The position numbers were made by a program, and so were the translations under genes. This document shows positions 49,299 through 58,676 of a DNA stretch of 64,000 nt, in pieces. Below the pieces are notes generated by a model, which made no database searches, was not told the origin of the DNA, and was given only the letters and a program-made list of their open reading frames with translations. Each line of letters begins with the position of its first letter. The stretch's first letter is position 1. Source of the stretch: Thermodesulfobacteriota bacterium (GTDB lineage: Bacteria > Desulfobacterota > Desulfobacteria > Desulfobacterales > SURF-7); assembly GCA_049320885.1 (NCBI GenBank), contig JBMORA010000042.1:1-64000 (forward strand). The letters are read 5' to 3'.

Positions 49299-49691
49299 TC
49301 ATGCATTGGGGAGGTTTTTCTTGAGGCTTTCCGTATATTGTTTCAGGATAAACCGCACGGGGAATGACGGCTTGGAAATATAGCTGCACGTATTGGTCAG
49401 ATAATCATCGATAAAATCTTCGATCAACTGGTTTTTTTTGGCTTCAAGAATGAAGTTGCGCTCCCGGACCACTTCGAACAATACGGATTCACCAAGGGCG
49501 GCGACCAGCTCTTCAAAACGGATATCGGTTCCATCAACGGCCTTCATCCTTTCCACGGTGACCGCGATGCGAATCCGGAAAATGATCCTGACGAGCCATG
49601 CGTCGCCCGCGACTTTCCGGGAAGCATCATAGATCTTCAGGGTCTCACCGTTTCCAAGCAGGATGGTCTTGATCTTTTTTTCCAACGCCAT
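49299..49691 (-). CDS. Conserved hypothetical protein
   Basis: 130-aa ORF with RBS GAGGA; YDASRKVAGDAWLV, RERNFI. Confidence 0.75.
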   Translation of the reverse strand: MALEKKIKTILLGNGETLKIYDASRKVAGDAWLVRIIFRIRIAVTVERMKAVDGTDIRFEELVAALGESVLFEVVRERNFILEAKKNQLIEDFIDDYLTNTCSYISKPSFPVRFILKQYTESLKKNLPNA

Positions 49692-49788
49692 GGGGTTTCC
49701 TCAATGGTTTTTGCGGCCGAACTTTGGCTCCTTGTATCATAATCCGGCTTGGGATGCGACCCTCTTGTGACAGAAAGCCCGTCGGCGG

Positions 49789-50283
49789 TCAGGTCACTGC
49801 CGTTCCGAACTCATATCGGCGTTTTTCGTAGGCCAGTATGATCCGGGTCTCGATATTCAGAACCCCGTCGATCCTGCTGATCCGGTTGAAAATCAGATCG
49901 TTCAGCTCATCCCGGGTTGTTACCACGAATTCGGCGTTGATACTGGTTTCGCCGGTGGTCAGCACAATATACCAGAGGGCCTGAATTTTTTTCAGTTCCT
50001 GGATCACGGTCTGGATTTTTCTCAGTTCAGCCCGGATATACAGATCCCCGGTGATTTCAAAGCCGAGTTTCAAGGGATTGCTTACCGCCACGATTTGAAT
50101 GAACTCTTCTTCCATGAGCCGTTTCAGGCGGGACCTGACGGTGGCCTCGGACAGGCCCAGCTGCTTGGCGATGTCGGTGTTGGACAGCCGGCCATCCTTC
50201 TGCAGGAGGGTAATGATCCGGGCATCGATCCGATCTATGGCCCTGCGTTTCGGGTTTTTCACTGGATCATCAGCAGGCGGCAT
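49789..50283 (-). CDS. Lrp/AsnC-family transcriptional regulator
   Basis: IDARIITLLQKDGRLSNTDIAKQLGLSEATVRSRLKRL. Confidence 0.93.
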   Translation of the reverse strand: MPPADDPVKNPKRRAIDRIDARIITLLQKDGRLSNTDIAKQLGLSEATVRSRLKRLMEEEFIQIVAVSNPLKLGFEITGDLYIRAELRKIQTVIQELKKIQALWYIVLTTGETSINAEFVVTTRDELNDLIFNRISRIDGVLNIETRIILAYEKRRYEFGTAVT

Positions 50284-50597
50284 CGGCGCTCCTTTCAAGC
50301 CGTGTATGCCACAAAGCACTCCGGAAGTCAAAAAATTTTCTGTCGCAAAATTGAATGTTATCGATATTTTTATAGATATATTTCACGATTTACGAAATTT
50401 TTACGATATTTTTTATCAAATATCGCACATTCCGTCTTGACTTTTTTGTTCATTCCCATTTATAGGATCATCAGCCAAACCCGAAAAACGGCACCCACGG
50501 CGGGCCTGGCGGATGCCGTCGACATCACCGCCGCCCCGTGGGCAACATCTTGATTTCGCGGCCTGCAACAAACAGTTTGGCCCGAAAGGAGGAGTAC

Positions 50598-51383
50598 ATG
50601 GGACAGATCACCGTAACCGACTTGCTGCGCATGAAACAGAAGGGAGAAAAAATCATTTCATTGACGGCCTATGACTACCCTTTTGCAAAGCTGCTGGATG
50701 AATCCGGTGTCCATGTCATGCTGGTGGGCGACTCCCTGGGCATGGTCGTCCAGGGGGAGACCAGCACCCTGCCGGTGACCATGGACGAAATGATTTATCA
50801 CACCAAAATGGTGGCCAGGGCCGCCCGGAACGCCATGGTCATCGGCGACATGCCGTTTTTATCCTATCAATGCAGCATGGAGCAGGCAGTTCTGAACGCC
50901 GGCCGTTTCCTCAAGGAAGCCGGAGCGGCCGCGGTGAAACTAGAAGGCGGCGCCGCTGTCAGCCCCATCATCCGGGCCATTACCAGGGCGTCCATCCCGG
51001 TCCAGGCCCATATCGGCCTGACTCCCCAATCCATCCACCAGATGGGCGGCTACAAAGTCCAGCGGGATGAGGAAAGACTGCTGGCCGACGCCAGGGAGGT
51101 GGAGTCCGCGGGCGCCTTTTCCGTGGTCCTGGAAGGCATCCCCGCCGACATCGCGGCCAACATCACCTCCGCCCTCTCCATCCCTACCATCGGCATCGGC
51201 GCCGGTCCCCGATGCGACGGCCAGATTCTGGTGCTGCACGATATGCTGGGTTTGAATGACCGGAAAATTCCAAAATTCGTCAAACGCTATGCCCAGCTGG
51301 GACAGGAGATTAAAAAAGCGGTTGCCGAATACGCCGGCGAGGTCCGCGGCCTGACATTTCCGGATCAGGAGCATTGCTATTGA
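50598..51383 (+). CDS. panB: 3-methyl-2-oxobutanoate hydroxymethyltransferase
   Basis: [58 protein letters not shown]. Confidence 0.97.
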   Translation: MGQITVTDLLRMKQKGEKIISLTAYDYPFAKLLDESGVHVMLVGDSLGMVVQGETSTLPVTMDEMIYHTKMVARAARNAMVIGDMPFLSYQCSMEQAVLNAGRFLKEAGAAAVKLEGGAAVSPIIRAITRASIPVQAHIGLTPQSIHQMGGYKVQRDEERLLADAREVESAGAFSVVLEGIPADIAANITSALSIPTIGIGAGPRCDGQILVLHDMLGLNDRKIPKFVKRYAQLGQEIKKAVAEYAGEVRGLTFPDQEHCY

Positions 51384-51411
51384 ACTGGAGCCGTCTCTTT
51401 TCAATTTCACC

Positions 51412-51440
51412 TTGACATGAATTCTCCATTCGCTTATGTA
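51412..51440 (+). promoter_or_regulatory. Sigma70-type promoter upstream of the riboswitch
   Basis: TTGACA-17 bp-TATGTA. Confidence 0.55.
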
Positions 51441-51457
51441 AACGAAAAATTTGCTGT

Positions 51458-51630
51458 CGGCCTCAGGTGGCCCTGAAAACGGGCTGAAAAGGGAAACCGG
51501 TGAGAACCCGGTACGGTCCCGCCGCTGTGATCGGGGACGAAGATCGCGACATGCCACTGCTTCGCTTGAGCGGAACGGGAAGGCGCGATCCGCAGGATGA
51601 TCCGAGAGTCAGAAGACCTGCCTGAAGCCG
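51458..51630 (+). ncRNA. Cobalamin riboswitch
   Basis: AGGT...AAAAGGGAA.CCGGTGAGAACCCGG.ACGG.CCCGCCGCTGT, GCCACTG...GGGAAGG and B12 box GTCAGAAGACCTGCC; P1 CGGCCTCAGG/CCTGAAGCCG. Confidence 0.95.
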
Positions 51631-51653
51631 GAAAAAAGACAAAGGGAAATGGT

Positions 51654-51690
51654 AAATCCCCAAGCGGTATTCGCTTGGGGATTTTTTTTT
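51654..51690 (+). terminator. Attenuator terminator (riboswitch expression platform)
   Basis: AAATCCCCAAGCG-GTATT-CGCTTGGGGATTT followed by a T run, just before the RBS. Confidence 0.88.
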
Positions 51691-51706
51691 GGGGGAGACG
51701 ACCATT

Positions 51707-52747
51707 GTGAAAGCCGCGGTACTGATCAAGCCGGGAGAATTGACGGTTACGGACATGCCGGAACCGGATTGCCCCCGGGAAGGCGTGCTGGTTTGCGTGA
51801 AGGCCTGCGGAATCTGTTCCGCCGACGCCAGGATGATCCGGAAGGGACACCGGGCCTTGACCTATCCCCGGATTCCGGGCCATGAAATCACCGGCACCGT
51901 CGCGGAATCCCGTCACCGTGATTTCATGGCCGGCGATGCGGTCCAGATCGCCCCCGGCCTCTCCTGCGGCGGCTGTCGTTCCTGCCGGGCAGGCGCCGAT
52001 CATCGCTGTGACAACATTCAGATTCTCGGTTTCACCCGCGACGGCGGTTTTGCCGAATATGTGGCCGTACCCCTGGCCGGCGCCCTTGCCGGAACAGTCA
52101 CCCCCGTCCCCCGGGGACTGGGTACCGCCGTTGCCTGCCTTGCGGAACCCCTGGCCTGCTGCATCAACGCCCAGGATAAAATCCGGATCGGAGCCGGAGA
52201 CACGGTCTGTATCCTCGGCGCCGGTCCCCTGGGGCTGATGCACGGCCTGCTGGCCCTCAGCCGGAGGGCGGAAACCGTCATACTCTGCGATCCCAGACCC
52301 GAACGGCTGCAACGAGCCCTTGCCGCCGGCATCCCGAACGTTCATGCCCCATCATCCACAGAAGACCTGCAGGAATTCCTTCCGGATACGAACCGGGGTC
52401 GCGGATTGGACGTCCTGATCGTGGCCGGCCCCGACATTCCGCTGGAAGATCGTCTGCTGGAACTCATGGCCCCCGGCGGGCGGATCTCCGTTTTCAGCGG
52501 CTGCACTCCGCCGCTCGCCCTCCGCCCATGGGATGCGAACCGCATTCATTATCGGGAACTCCTGATCTCCGGGGCCTATGGCTGCTCCGCGGAGCACAAT
52601 CGCAAGGCCCTGAGATTCCTGGCGCACAGCCGCTTCGACTGGTCGACCCTGATCACCCATCGAAGCACCCTGACGAATATTCACGGCGCTCTCGATCATC
52701 TGATGATGGCGGACGCCTGCAAAGCCATTGTGGAGGTGAACCCATGA
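51707..52747 (+). CDS. Zn-dependent medium-chain dehydrogenase (iditol/threonine dehydrogenase-like)
   Basis: CGICSAD, GHE, CGGCRSC..C, EPLACC, GAGPLG. Confidence 0.9.
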   Translation: MKAAVLIKPGELTVTDMPEPDCPREGVLVCVKACGICSADARMIRKGHRALTYPRIPGHEITGTVAESRHRDFMAGDAVQIAPGLSCGGCRSCRAGADHRCDNIQILGFTRDGGFAEYVAVPLAGALAGTVTPVPRGLGTAVACLAEPLACCINAQDKIRIGAGDTVCILGAGPLGLMHGLLALSRRAETVILCDPRPERLQRALAAGIPNVHAPSSTEDLQEFLPDTNRGRGLDVLIVAGPDIPLEDRLLELMAPGGRISVFSGCTPPLALRPWDANRIHYRELLISGAYGCSAEHNRKALRFLAHSRFDWSTLITHRSTLTNIHGALDHLMMADACKAIVEVNP

Positions 52748-53865
52748 ATGACCGATTGAAACAGTTCGGTGATCTCATCAACCGCCTGATCGCCGGAAAA
52801 TCCCTTTCCCGGGAGGAAGTCCGCCAGGCGGTTATGCAAATCCTGAAGGACGCGACCACGGAAATCCACCAGGGCGCTTTTTTGGCCGCCGTCACGGCCA
52901 AGGGGCCGACGCCGGATGAAATCGCCGGTGCCTGGCAGGCCATCTACGAAGAGGATACCACCCGGGCCGATCCCCAAACCGAAACGCCCGTCCTGGACAA
53001 CTGCGGCACGGGCATGGATGGGTTTAAGACCTTCAATATCAGCACCGCCGCGGCTGTCGTGGCCGCCGCCGGCGGGGTTCCCCTGGCCCGTCACGGCGCC
53101 AGGGCCATCACTTCCCGCTGCGGCACCGTCGATCTGTGCGAGGCTGTGGGGGTGGACGTGGAATGTCCCGTTCCCGCCGTGACAGCCAGTATCGAAAGGG
53201 TGGGGATCGGCCTGTACAACGGCATGAGCCCCTTCGTCCACCCCCGGGCCTTGTTCCGCATTCTTTCCCGAATGTCCTTCGGCAGCATCCTGAACATCGC
53301 CGCCTCCTTGGCCAATCCCGCCCGGCCCCGTCTGGGCGTCAGGGGGGTTTATGCCGGCGACATGGCCATGCCGGTGGCCCAGGTCATGCGGGAAATCGGC
53401 TACCGAAAAGCCATCGTTCTGCACGGCTCGGCCGCCGAGGGTGTCGGCGGCATGGACGAACTGACGCCGGTGGGCGACAATCTGGCGGCCGAACTCATGC
53501 CCGACGGCCAAATCCGTTCCTATACCATCGCGCCCGCCGCCGTCGGCGTCCGGTTCAACGGTTCCATCCGGGATATCGCCGCCGGACCGGATCCGCAAAC
53601 CGAAGCCCTACGATTGATCCGAGTGTTTGCCGGAAAGGATCACGGCGCACTCTTTGAAACCATCTGCTTGAATACGGCTCCGATTTTTTATCTGGCCGAC
53701 AACACCGAAGACCTGAAATCCGGTTTTGAAAAGGCAAGGGAACTGATCCAGGGCGGCCAGGCCCTGAAACGCCTCCGGCAATGGGTCAAGGCCCAGAATA
53801 CCGCTCCCGAAGCCGGTGCAAAGAGGTTCGACGATCTGGCAAACCTGGTTGAAAATGAAACATGA
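52744..53865 (+). CDS. Anthranilate phosphoribosyltransferase (TrpD)-like paralogue
   Basis: DNCGTGMDG.KTFNIST, RHGARAITSRCG, NPA, GMDEL; ATGA overlap with the upstream gene. Confidence 0.88.
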   Translation: MNDRLKQFGDLINRLIAGKSLSREEVRQAVMQILKDATTEIHQGAFLAAVTAKGPTPDEIAGAWQAIYEEDTTRADPQTETPVLDNCGTGMDGFKTFNISTAAAVVAAAGGVPLARHGARAITSRCGTVDLCEAVGVDVECPVPAVTASIERVGIGLYNGMSPFVHPRALFRILSRMSFGSILNIAASLANPARPRLGVRGVYAGDMAMPVAQVMREIGYRKAIVLHGSAAEGVGGMDELTPVGDNLAAELMPDGQIRSYTIAPAAVGVRFNGSIRDIAAGPDPQTEALRLIRVFAGKDHGALFETICLNTAPIFYLADNTEDLKSGFEKARELIQGGQALKRLRQWVKAQNTAPEAGAKRFDDLANLVENET

Positions 53866-53919
53866 TTTAAGGGGGATTTACGGCTGCTGGAAACCGCCCG
53901 TTTCCCTGATGGAGGTTAA

Positions 53920-55005
53920 ATGGCAATGGAACAGATTACCCTGGACCGGATTATCTCCGGCATTCATCCCGTCGACAACGAATGGCTCCGGAAAGCCCGG
54001 CAGCGGACCGCCGAATTGCTCATGCCCCCCAGGGCGCTGGGCAGGCTTCACGACCTGTCCGAAAAACTCTGCGCCATTCAACGGACTCTCAAACCGTCCG
54101 TCGACCGGAAGGCCTTTTTGGTCATGGCCGGCGATCATGGCGTGGCGGCTGAGGGTGTCAGCGCCTTTCCCCAGGAGGTGACCGGTGAAATGATCCGGTC
54201 CTTTCTACGGGGAGGAGCCGGCATCAATGTATTGGCCGCCCAGGTGAACGCCGATGTATTTGTGGTGGACATGGGCATTATCCCCCGGCTGATTCCCGCT
54301 GAAATAACGGGGGGGGACAGGCTGAGCGTCGTAAAAATCGCCCCGGGAACCCGCAATTTCACCCGGGGACCGGCCATGTCCCGGCCCGAAGCGGAAAAAG
54401 CGGTTCTGGCCGGCTTTCAACAGGCGGCCCGCCTTTTTGAAAGCGGTCTGGACATCATCGGCACCGGCGACATGGGCATCGCCAATACGACCCCCTCGGC
54501 GGCCATCGGCACGCTGCTCACGGGCACGGACCTCGATGACATGGTCGGTCGCGGCACCGGAGTGGATGACGCCGGACTGCAAAAGAAAAAGGACGCCATC
54601 CGCCGCGGCCTGGACATCAACCGGCCGGATCGGACGGACGGCCTGGACGTGCTGGCGAAAATCGGTGGCTTTGAAATCGGCGGCATTGCCGGCGCCATTC
54701 TGGCCGCGGCGTATTGCAGGAAACCGGTGATGGTGGACGGGTTTATCTCCACCGCCGGCGCCTTGGTCGCCCAGGCCCTTTGTCCGCTAAGCGTTGAGTA
54801 CATGTTTGCCGCCCATTGCTCCGAGGAGCGGGGGCATCGCGCCATGCTGCGCAGCCTGGGACTGACGCCGATTCTGGATCTCGGTCTGAGATTGGGCGAA
54901 GGAACCGGCGGCGCGCTCGCCATGGGCATCCTGGAGGGCGCCGTTCGGATTTTCCGGGATATGGCTACCTTTACGGAAGCGGGGGTATCCGGGACACCAT
55001 CATGA
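53920..55005 (+). CDS. cobT: Nicotinate-nucleotide--dimethylbenzimidazole phosphoribosyltransferase
   Basis: MAGDHGV, SAFPQEVT, GDMGIANTT, GRGTG, GGFEI, DGFI, RLGEGTG. Confidence 0.96.
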   Translation: MAMEQITLDRIISGIHPVDNEWLRKARQRTAELLMPPRALGRLHDLSEKLCAIQRTLKPSVDRKAFLVMAGDHGVAAEGVSAFPQEVTGEMIRSFLRGGAGINVLAAQVNADVFVVDMGIIPRLIPAEITGGDRLSVVKIAPGTRNFTRGPAMSRPEAEKAVLAGFQQAARLFESGLDIIGTGDMGIANTTPSAAIGTLLTGTDLDDMVGRGTGVDDAGLQKKKDAIRRGLDINRPDRTDGLDVLAKIGGFEIGGIAGAILAAAYCRKPVMVDGFISTAGALVAQALCPLSVEYMFAAHCSEERGHRAMLRSLGLTPILDLGLRLGEGTGGALAMGILEGAVRIFRDMATFTEAGVSGTPS

Positions 55006-55050
55006 CCCCCCTGTCGCTGATCATCACCCGCAAAACCCATTGCGATTGGT

Positions 55051-55749
55051 TCAGCGAAACCGATACCGGACACCAAAAACGCCGTTGATCGACTCCGGAC
55101 CGATGCAGGCCGAATTGGTCAGATAGATCTGGCCGCCGTTGGAAAAATGTTCCCAGCTGCAATCCAGAAAGGCGGACCATTGTTTGGTGATGTCCGCTTC
55201 CAGGCCACCGCCGCCGGAAAAGTTGAAATTATGCAACGTGCCGTCCTCCAGGATGGTCTCGTTCAGCAGGGAAATGCCGAATCCCAGATGGAGCGTCGGG
55301 CGGATCCAATACTCCGGCAGAAAAATCCAGCGGCGGACGGCCATCAGGGAGACCAGATATTGGTCAAGCGTCGTATAATACGGCCCGCCGGTCCTTTTTT
55401 CCGGGGGCACCTGATCCTCGGTGATCTCGATGGTTCCCGATAACCGGGAATAACGCAGATCGACCCGCAGCGTTCTTTCGGTATCCACCGGCAACGGAAG
55501 CCACTGGCCGGTCTCCCATTCCATGAACACTCCAAAGGCCTTGTTTTCATATCCCTTGTAATCCGAGGCGCTCCAGATATGGTGATGCTTTCCGAAAGAA
55601 CCGAAAGCCCCGGCCCATTTTTTTTTCAGATCCGTTTCCGCAGCCGCCGTATCCGAAGATACCGCCTGGTCCGCGAAAACCGCCTCCCCTGCCATGAGGC
55701 ACAGGAGAAAGATGCCGAATGCCACCGGCAACCAGCGAAAACCTCTCAT
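55051..55749 (-). CDS. Acyloxyacyl hydrolase / PagL-like outer-membrane protein
   Basis: Signal peptide; NFNFSGGGG, HFSNG catalytic motif, C-terminal GVRYRF. Confidence 0.75.
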   Translation of the reverse strand: MRGFRWLPVAFGIFLLCLMAGEAVFADQAVSSDTAAAETDLKKKWAGAFGSFGKHHHIWSASDYKGYENKAFGVFMEWETGQWLPLPVDTERTLRVDLRYSRLSGTIEITEDQVPPEKRTGGPYYTTLDQYLVSLMAVRRWIFLPEYWIRPTLHLGFGISLLNETILEDGTLHNFNFSGGGGLEADITKQWSAFLDCSWEHFSNGGQIYLTNSACIGPESINGVFGVRYRFR

Positions 55750-55962
55750 GGGTTCCGTCCTTCGATACGGCTTGCGGCCACCTTCGGGTATCCCGCCCAT
55801 GGCCATCCGAAGCCGATCCGTCAAATCCATTCCACCATCGGGTTGCCTGGATGCCGTCATCCGCAACCGAATCGAGTGGTGACCATATGGCATTCCGAAA
55901 TCAAAAGTCAATACTCAATACGGGATATACCGGGATACGGTCGCGGTCGGCCCGAAACTTGA

Positions 55963-57540
55963 TCAGACAGTGATGGATTCCCCCAGGCGGGGGACGGTGA
56001 CGGGAAAACCCGCGCGCCCAAGATGGTCGCCAAAAGCGACGGCCTGCTCCTCCTCTCCGTGCACCACGGCGATTTTCCGGATGTTCAGATTCGACTCCTT
56101 CAGCAACCGCATCAATTCATTGCGGTCACCGTGAGCACTGAATCCTCCTAGTTGGACGACATGCGCCCGCAGGGGATATTCCTTGTCCAGAAATCTCAGG
56201 ACCGGCGGCGCGCCGCTGCGTTTGGACTCTTCATAAGCCGTGCCCGCTTCCAGCAACCGCCGGCCGAGGGTATTCCGGGCCATGAAACCGACGATCAGGA
56301 TTGTATGCTTCTCATTATGAATCCGATAGCGTAGATGATGCAGGATCCGTCCGCCTTCGCACATTCCGGATGAAGCGATGATAATGGAAGGGCGCTCATC
56401 CCTCATCAGGGCCATGGATTCGTCGACGCTGCCGATGTAGGTCAGCTGTCGGAAGGCAAAGGGATTCTTCCCGTTTTCCAGGAAGGTCTTGTGGGTATCG
56501 ATGTCATAGACTTCCGGGTGTTCGCCGAACACCTTGGTCAGATTGGCGGCCAAAGGGCTATCGATGTAGATCGGGATTTTTGGAAGCAAGCCTTCCTCAT
56601 AAAGCTCGTGCAGTACGTAGATCAGTTCCTGGGCCCGGCCGAAAGCAAACGCCGGGATCAAAACCGTCCCGCCCCTGCCCACGGTTTCCTGAACAACCTG
56701 CAGCAATCTTTCCTTCAGGCTCGTGATGGGTTCATGCTCCCGGTTTCCATAGGTACTTTCCATGATCAGCAGATCGACATCCCGATCCTCTTCTTCGAAC
56801 ATCAGCGTCGGATCCCGCAGGATGGGTTTACAAAACCGGCCGAAATCACCTGTAAAGCAGATATTGTAGCGCCGCTCGTTTTCCACGGCCTTGATCAGGA
56901 TGATGGCCGATCCGATGATGTGCCCGGCGTCATAAAATCGACAGGTCATCTTGTCACCGATGGTCACGGCATGGTGATAGGGGTATCCGTCAAAATATTC
57001 CAGGGATTTTTCCGCTTCCTCGCTCGTATATAGAGGGGTGACTTTTTCAAGACGATAGCGATCGAGCAGATCTTGAATCAGCTCGCGGTTCAATTCATTG
57101 CCGGCGCGCTTGATTGTTTTTTTCATTTCCTTGATTTCCCGGGGGGTTATCCGATCCTCCTGGCTGGACGATTTCAATCGGTTGAGCTGCCATCGAACGG
57201 TTTTGTAATTCAGATAATCCGCATCGGCCTCCTGAATCCTGGCGCTGTCCAGAAGCAAATACCGGCAGGCGTCCGCCGTGGCGTCCGTGCAGACAATGCG
57301 TCCGAAAAAATTTTCCTTTGTCAGGAACGGTATCCTCCCGGAATGATCCATATGGGCATGCGACAGCACCACATTGGTGACGATTCCCGGGTCGACCGGC
57401 AGAACCCGGTTTTTCCCTTCCGCCTCCTTCCGCTTCCCTTGAAAAAGGCCGCAATCCAGCATAATTCGATTCGAACCGACGGTTAGCAAATGAAGGGAAC
57501 CGGTGACTTCCCGGGCAGCGCCGCAAAAGGTGACATGCAT
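55963..57540 (-). CDS. MBL-fold beta-CASP ribonuclease (TTHA0252-like)
   Basis: GAAREVTGS, DCGLFQG, SHAHMDHSG, AGHIIGS, ESTYG, ASSGMCEGGRILHHL, FSAHGD, VHGE. Confidence 0.93.
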   Translation of the reverse strand: MHVTFCGAAREVTGSLHLLTVGSNRIMLDCGLFQGKRKEAEGKNRVLPVDPGIVTNVVLSHAHMDHSGRIPFLTKENFFGRIVCTDATADACRYLLLDSARIQEADADYLNYKTVRWQLNRLKSSSQEDRITPREIKEMKKTIKRAGNELNRELIQDLLDRYRLEKVTPLYTSEEAEKSLEYFDGYPYHHAVTIGDKMTCRFYDAGHIIGSAIILIKAVENERRYNICFTGDFGRFCKPILRDPTLMFEEEDRDVDLLIMESTYGNREHEPITSLKERLLQVVQETVGRGGTVLIPAFAFGRAQELIYVLHELYEEGLLPKIPIYIDSPLAANLTKVFGEHPEVYDIDTHKTFLENGKNPFAFRQLTYIGSVDESMALMRDERPSIIIASSGMCEGGRILHHLRYRIHNEKHTILIVGFMARNTLGRRLLEAGTAYEESKRSGAPPVLRFLDKEYPLRAHVVQLGGFSAHGDRNELMRLLKESNLNIRKIAVVHGEEEQAVAFGDHLGRAGFPVTVPRLGESITV

Positions 57541-57672
57541 GATTTCCTCCTGTAATAATTAATAATCTTCTTTATGATACCACACCGGGAAACAAAACGG
57601 AAGCAGGCGTTGCTTGTCTTTTCCTCCGGCAAAGCGTATGATCCGGCGACTATTTTGACTGGAATTGAAACC

Positions 57673-58515
57673 ATGCCCGAACTTCCGGAAGTCCAGACCA
57701 TCGTCGACGACCTGTCAACAGCCGGCATCGTCAACGCCCCCATTCAACAGGTAGAAGTCCGCTGGCCGAAGTCCATCGCCGGGGTCAGCCCGGATGTTTT
57801 CTGCGAAAGGCTCACCGACATTCATATCAGAGGTGTTTCCCGCCGGGGAAAGTATATCCTGTTTTTCCTGTCTTCGGGGGATACCTTGTTGATCCATCTG
57901 CGGATGTCCGGCAGGCTTTGCCTGTCCACTGTCGATGCGCCCTGTTCGAAACACGAACATGTGATCCTGACCCTTGACCATGGCCGTCAGCTTCGTTTTC
58001 ATGACACCCGTAAATTCGGACGCTGGCTTTTGACGGATACGCCCGGCAAGGTTCTGTCCCGCCTGGGGCCGGAACCCCTGGCGCCGGATTTCGATGTCGC
58101 GGTGCTCATGAACGCCTTGGGGGGTAGACGCCGGATCTTGAAACCACTGTTGCTGGATCAGACCGTTATCGCAGGGCTGGGGAATATCTACACGGATGAA
58201 GCCCTCTGGGAGGCGGGCCTCCATCCATGCAGGCCCGCCTCCACGCTGACCAGGAAGGAGATTCGTCATCTTCATCGCGGAATCATCAAGGTGCTGGCCC
58301 AAGGCCTTCAAAACAGAGGTACGACCCTGGGTGAGGGTAAAGCCAATTTCGAATCCGTCTGCAGAAGCCGGGGCCGCAACCAGAACGCCTTGAAGGTGTT
58401 CGGCCGTCAAGGCCTGCCCTGCCCCCGTTGCCGGACGATCATCCAGCGACTGCTGGTTTGCCAAAGGGGAACCCATGTCTGCCGAAAATGCCAACCGCTG
58501 CCCACCGAAGGATGA
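57673..58515 (+). CDS. mutM: Formamidopyrimidine-DNA glycosylase
   Basis: MPELPEV, RRGKY, HLRMSG, DTRKFG, GLGNIY.DE, C-terminal Zn finger. Confidence 0.97.
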   Translation: MPELPEVQTIVDDLSTAGIVNAPIQQVEVRWPKSIAGVSPDVFCERLTDIHIRGVSRRGKYILFFLSSGDTLLIHLRMSGRLCLSTVDAPCSKHEHVILTLDHGRQLRFHDTRKFGRWLLTDTPGKVLSRLGPEPLAPDFDVAVLMNALGGRRRILKPLLLDQTVIAGLGNIYTDEALWEAGLHPCRPASTLTRKEIRHLHRGIIKVLAQGLQNRGTTLGEGKANFESVCRSRGRNQNALKVFGRQGLPCPRCRTIIQRLLVCQRGTHVCRKCQPLPTEG

Positions 58516-58676
58516 TTTTTTCTCCAAAAATGCCGGCAACCATCCGAAAACCGTTTGACAACGTCACGTTAATTTACGATAACAGGAAAATGATTTCCCA
58601 TAATCCATTTTGATTCTTCAAGAAACAGCCAGCATCCAGTTCTTCATGCAACCCGCGCGAGACGCGCGAAAGCGGG

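Noticed and set aside
52528..52743. Extended N-terminus of the TrpD-like ORF
   Set aside because: Overlaps the dehydrogenase; the ATG at 52744 has its own RBS (GGAGG) and gives a TrpD-sized protein.
52744..53865. Labelling the gene trpD of tryptophan biosynthesis
   Set aside because: No trp genes adjacent, B12-riboswitch control, and altered substrate motifs.
55002..55088. 28-codon ORF coupled to the cobT stop
   Set aside because: Too short, overlaps the convergent gene, no recognisable motif; at most a remnant.
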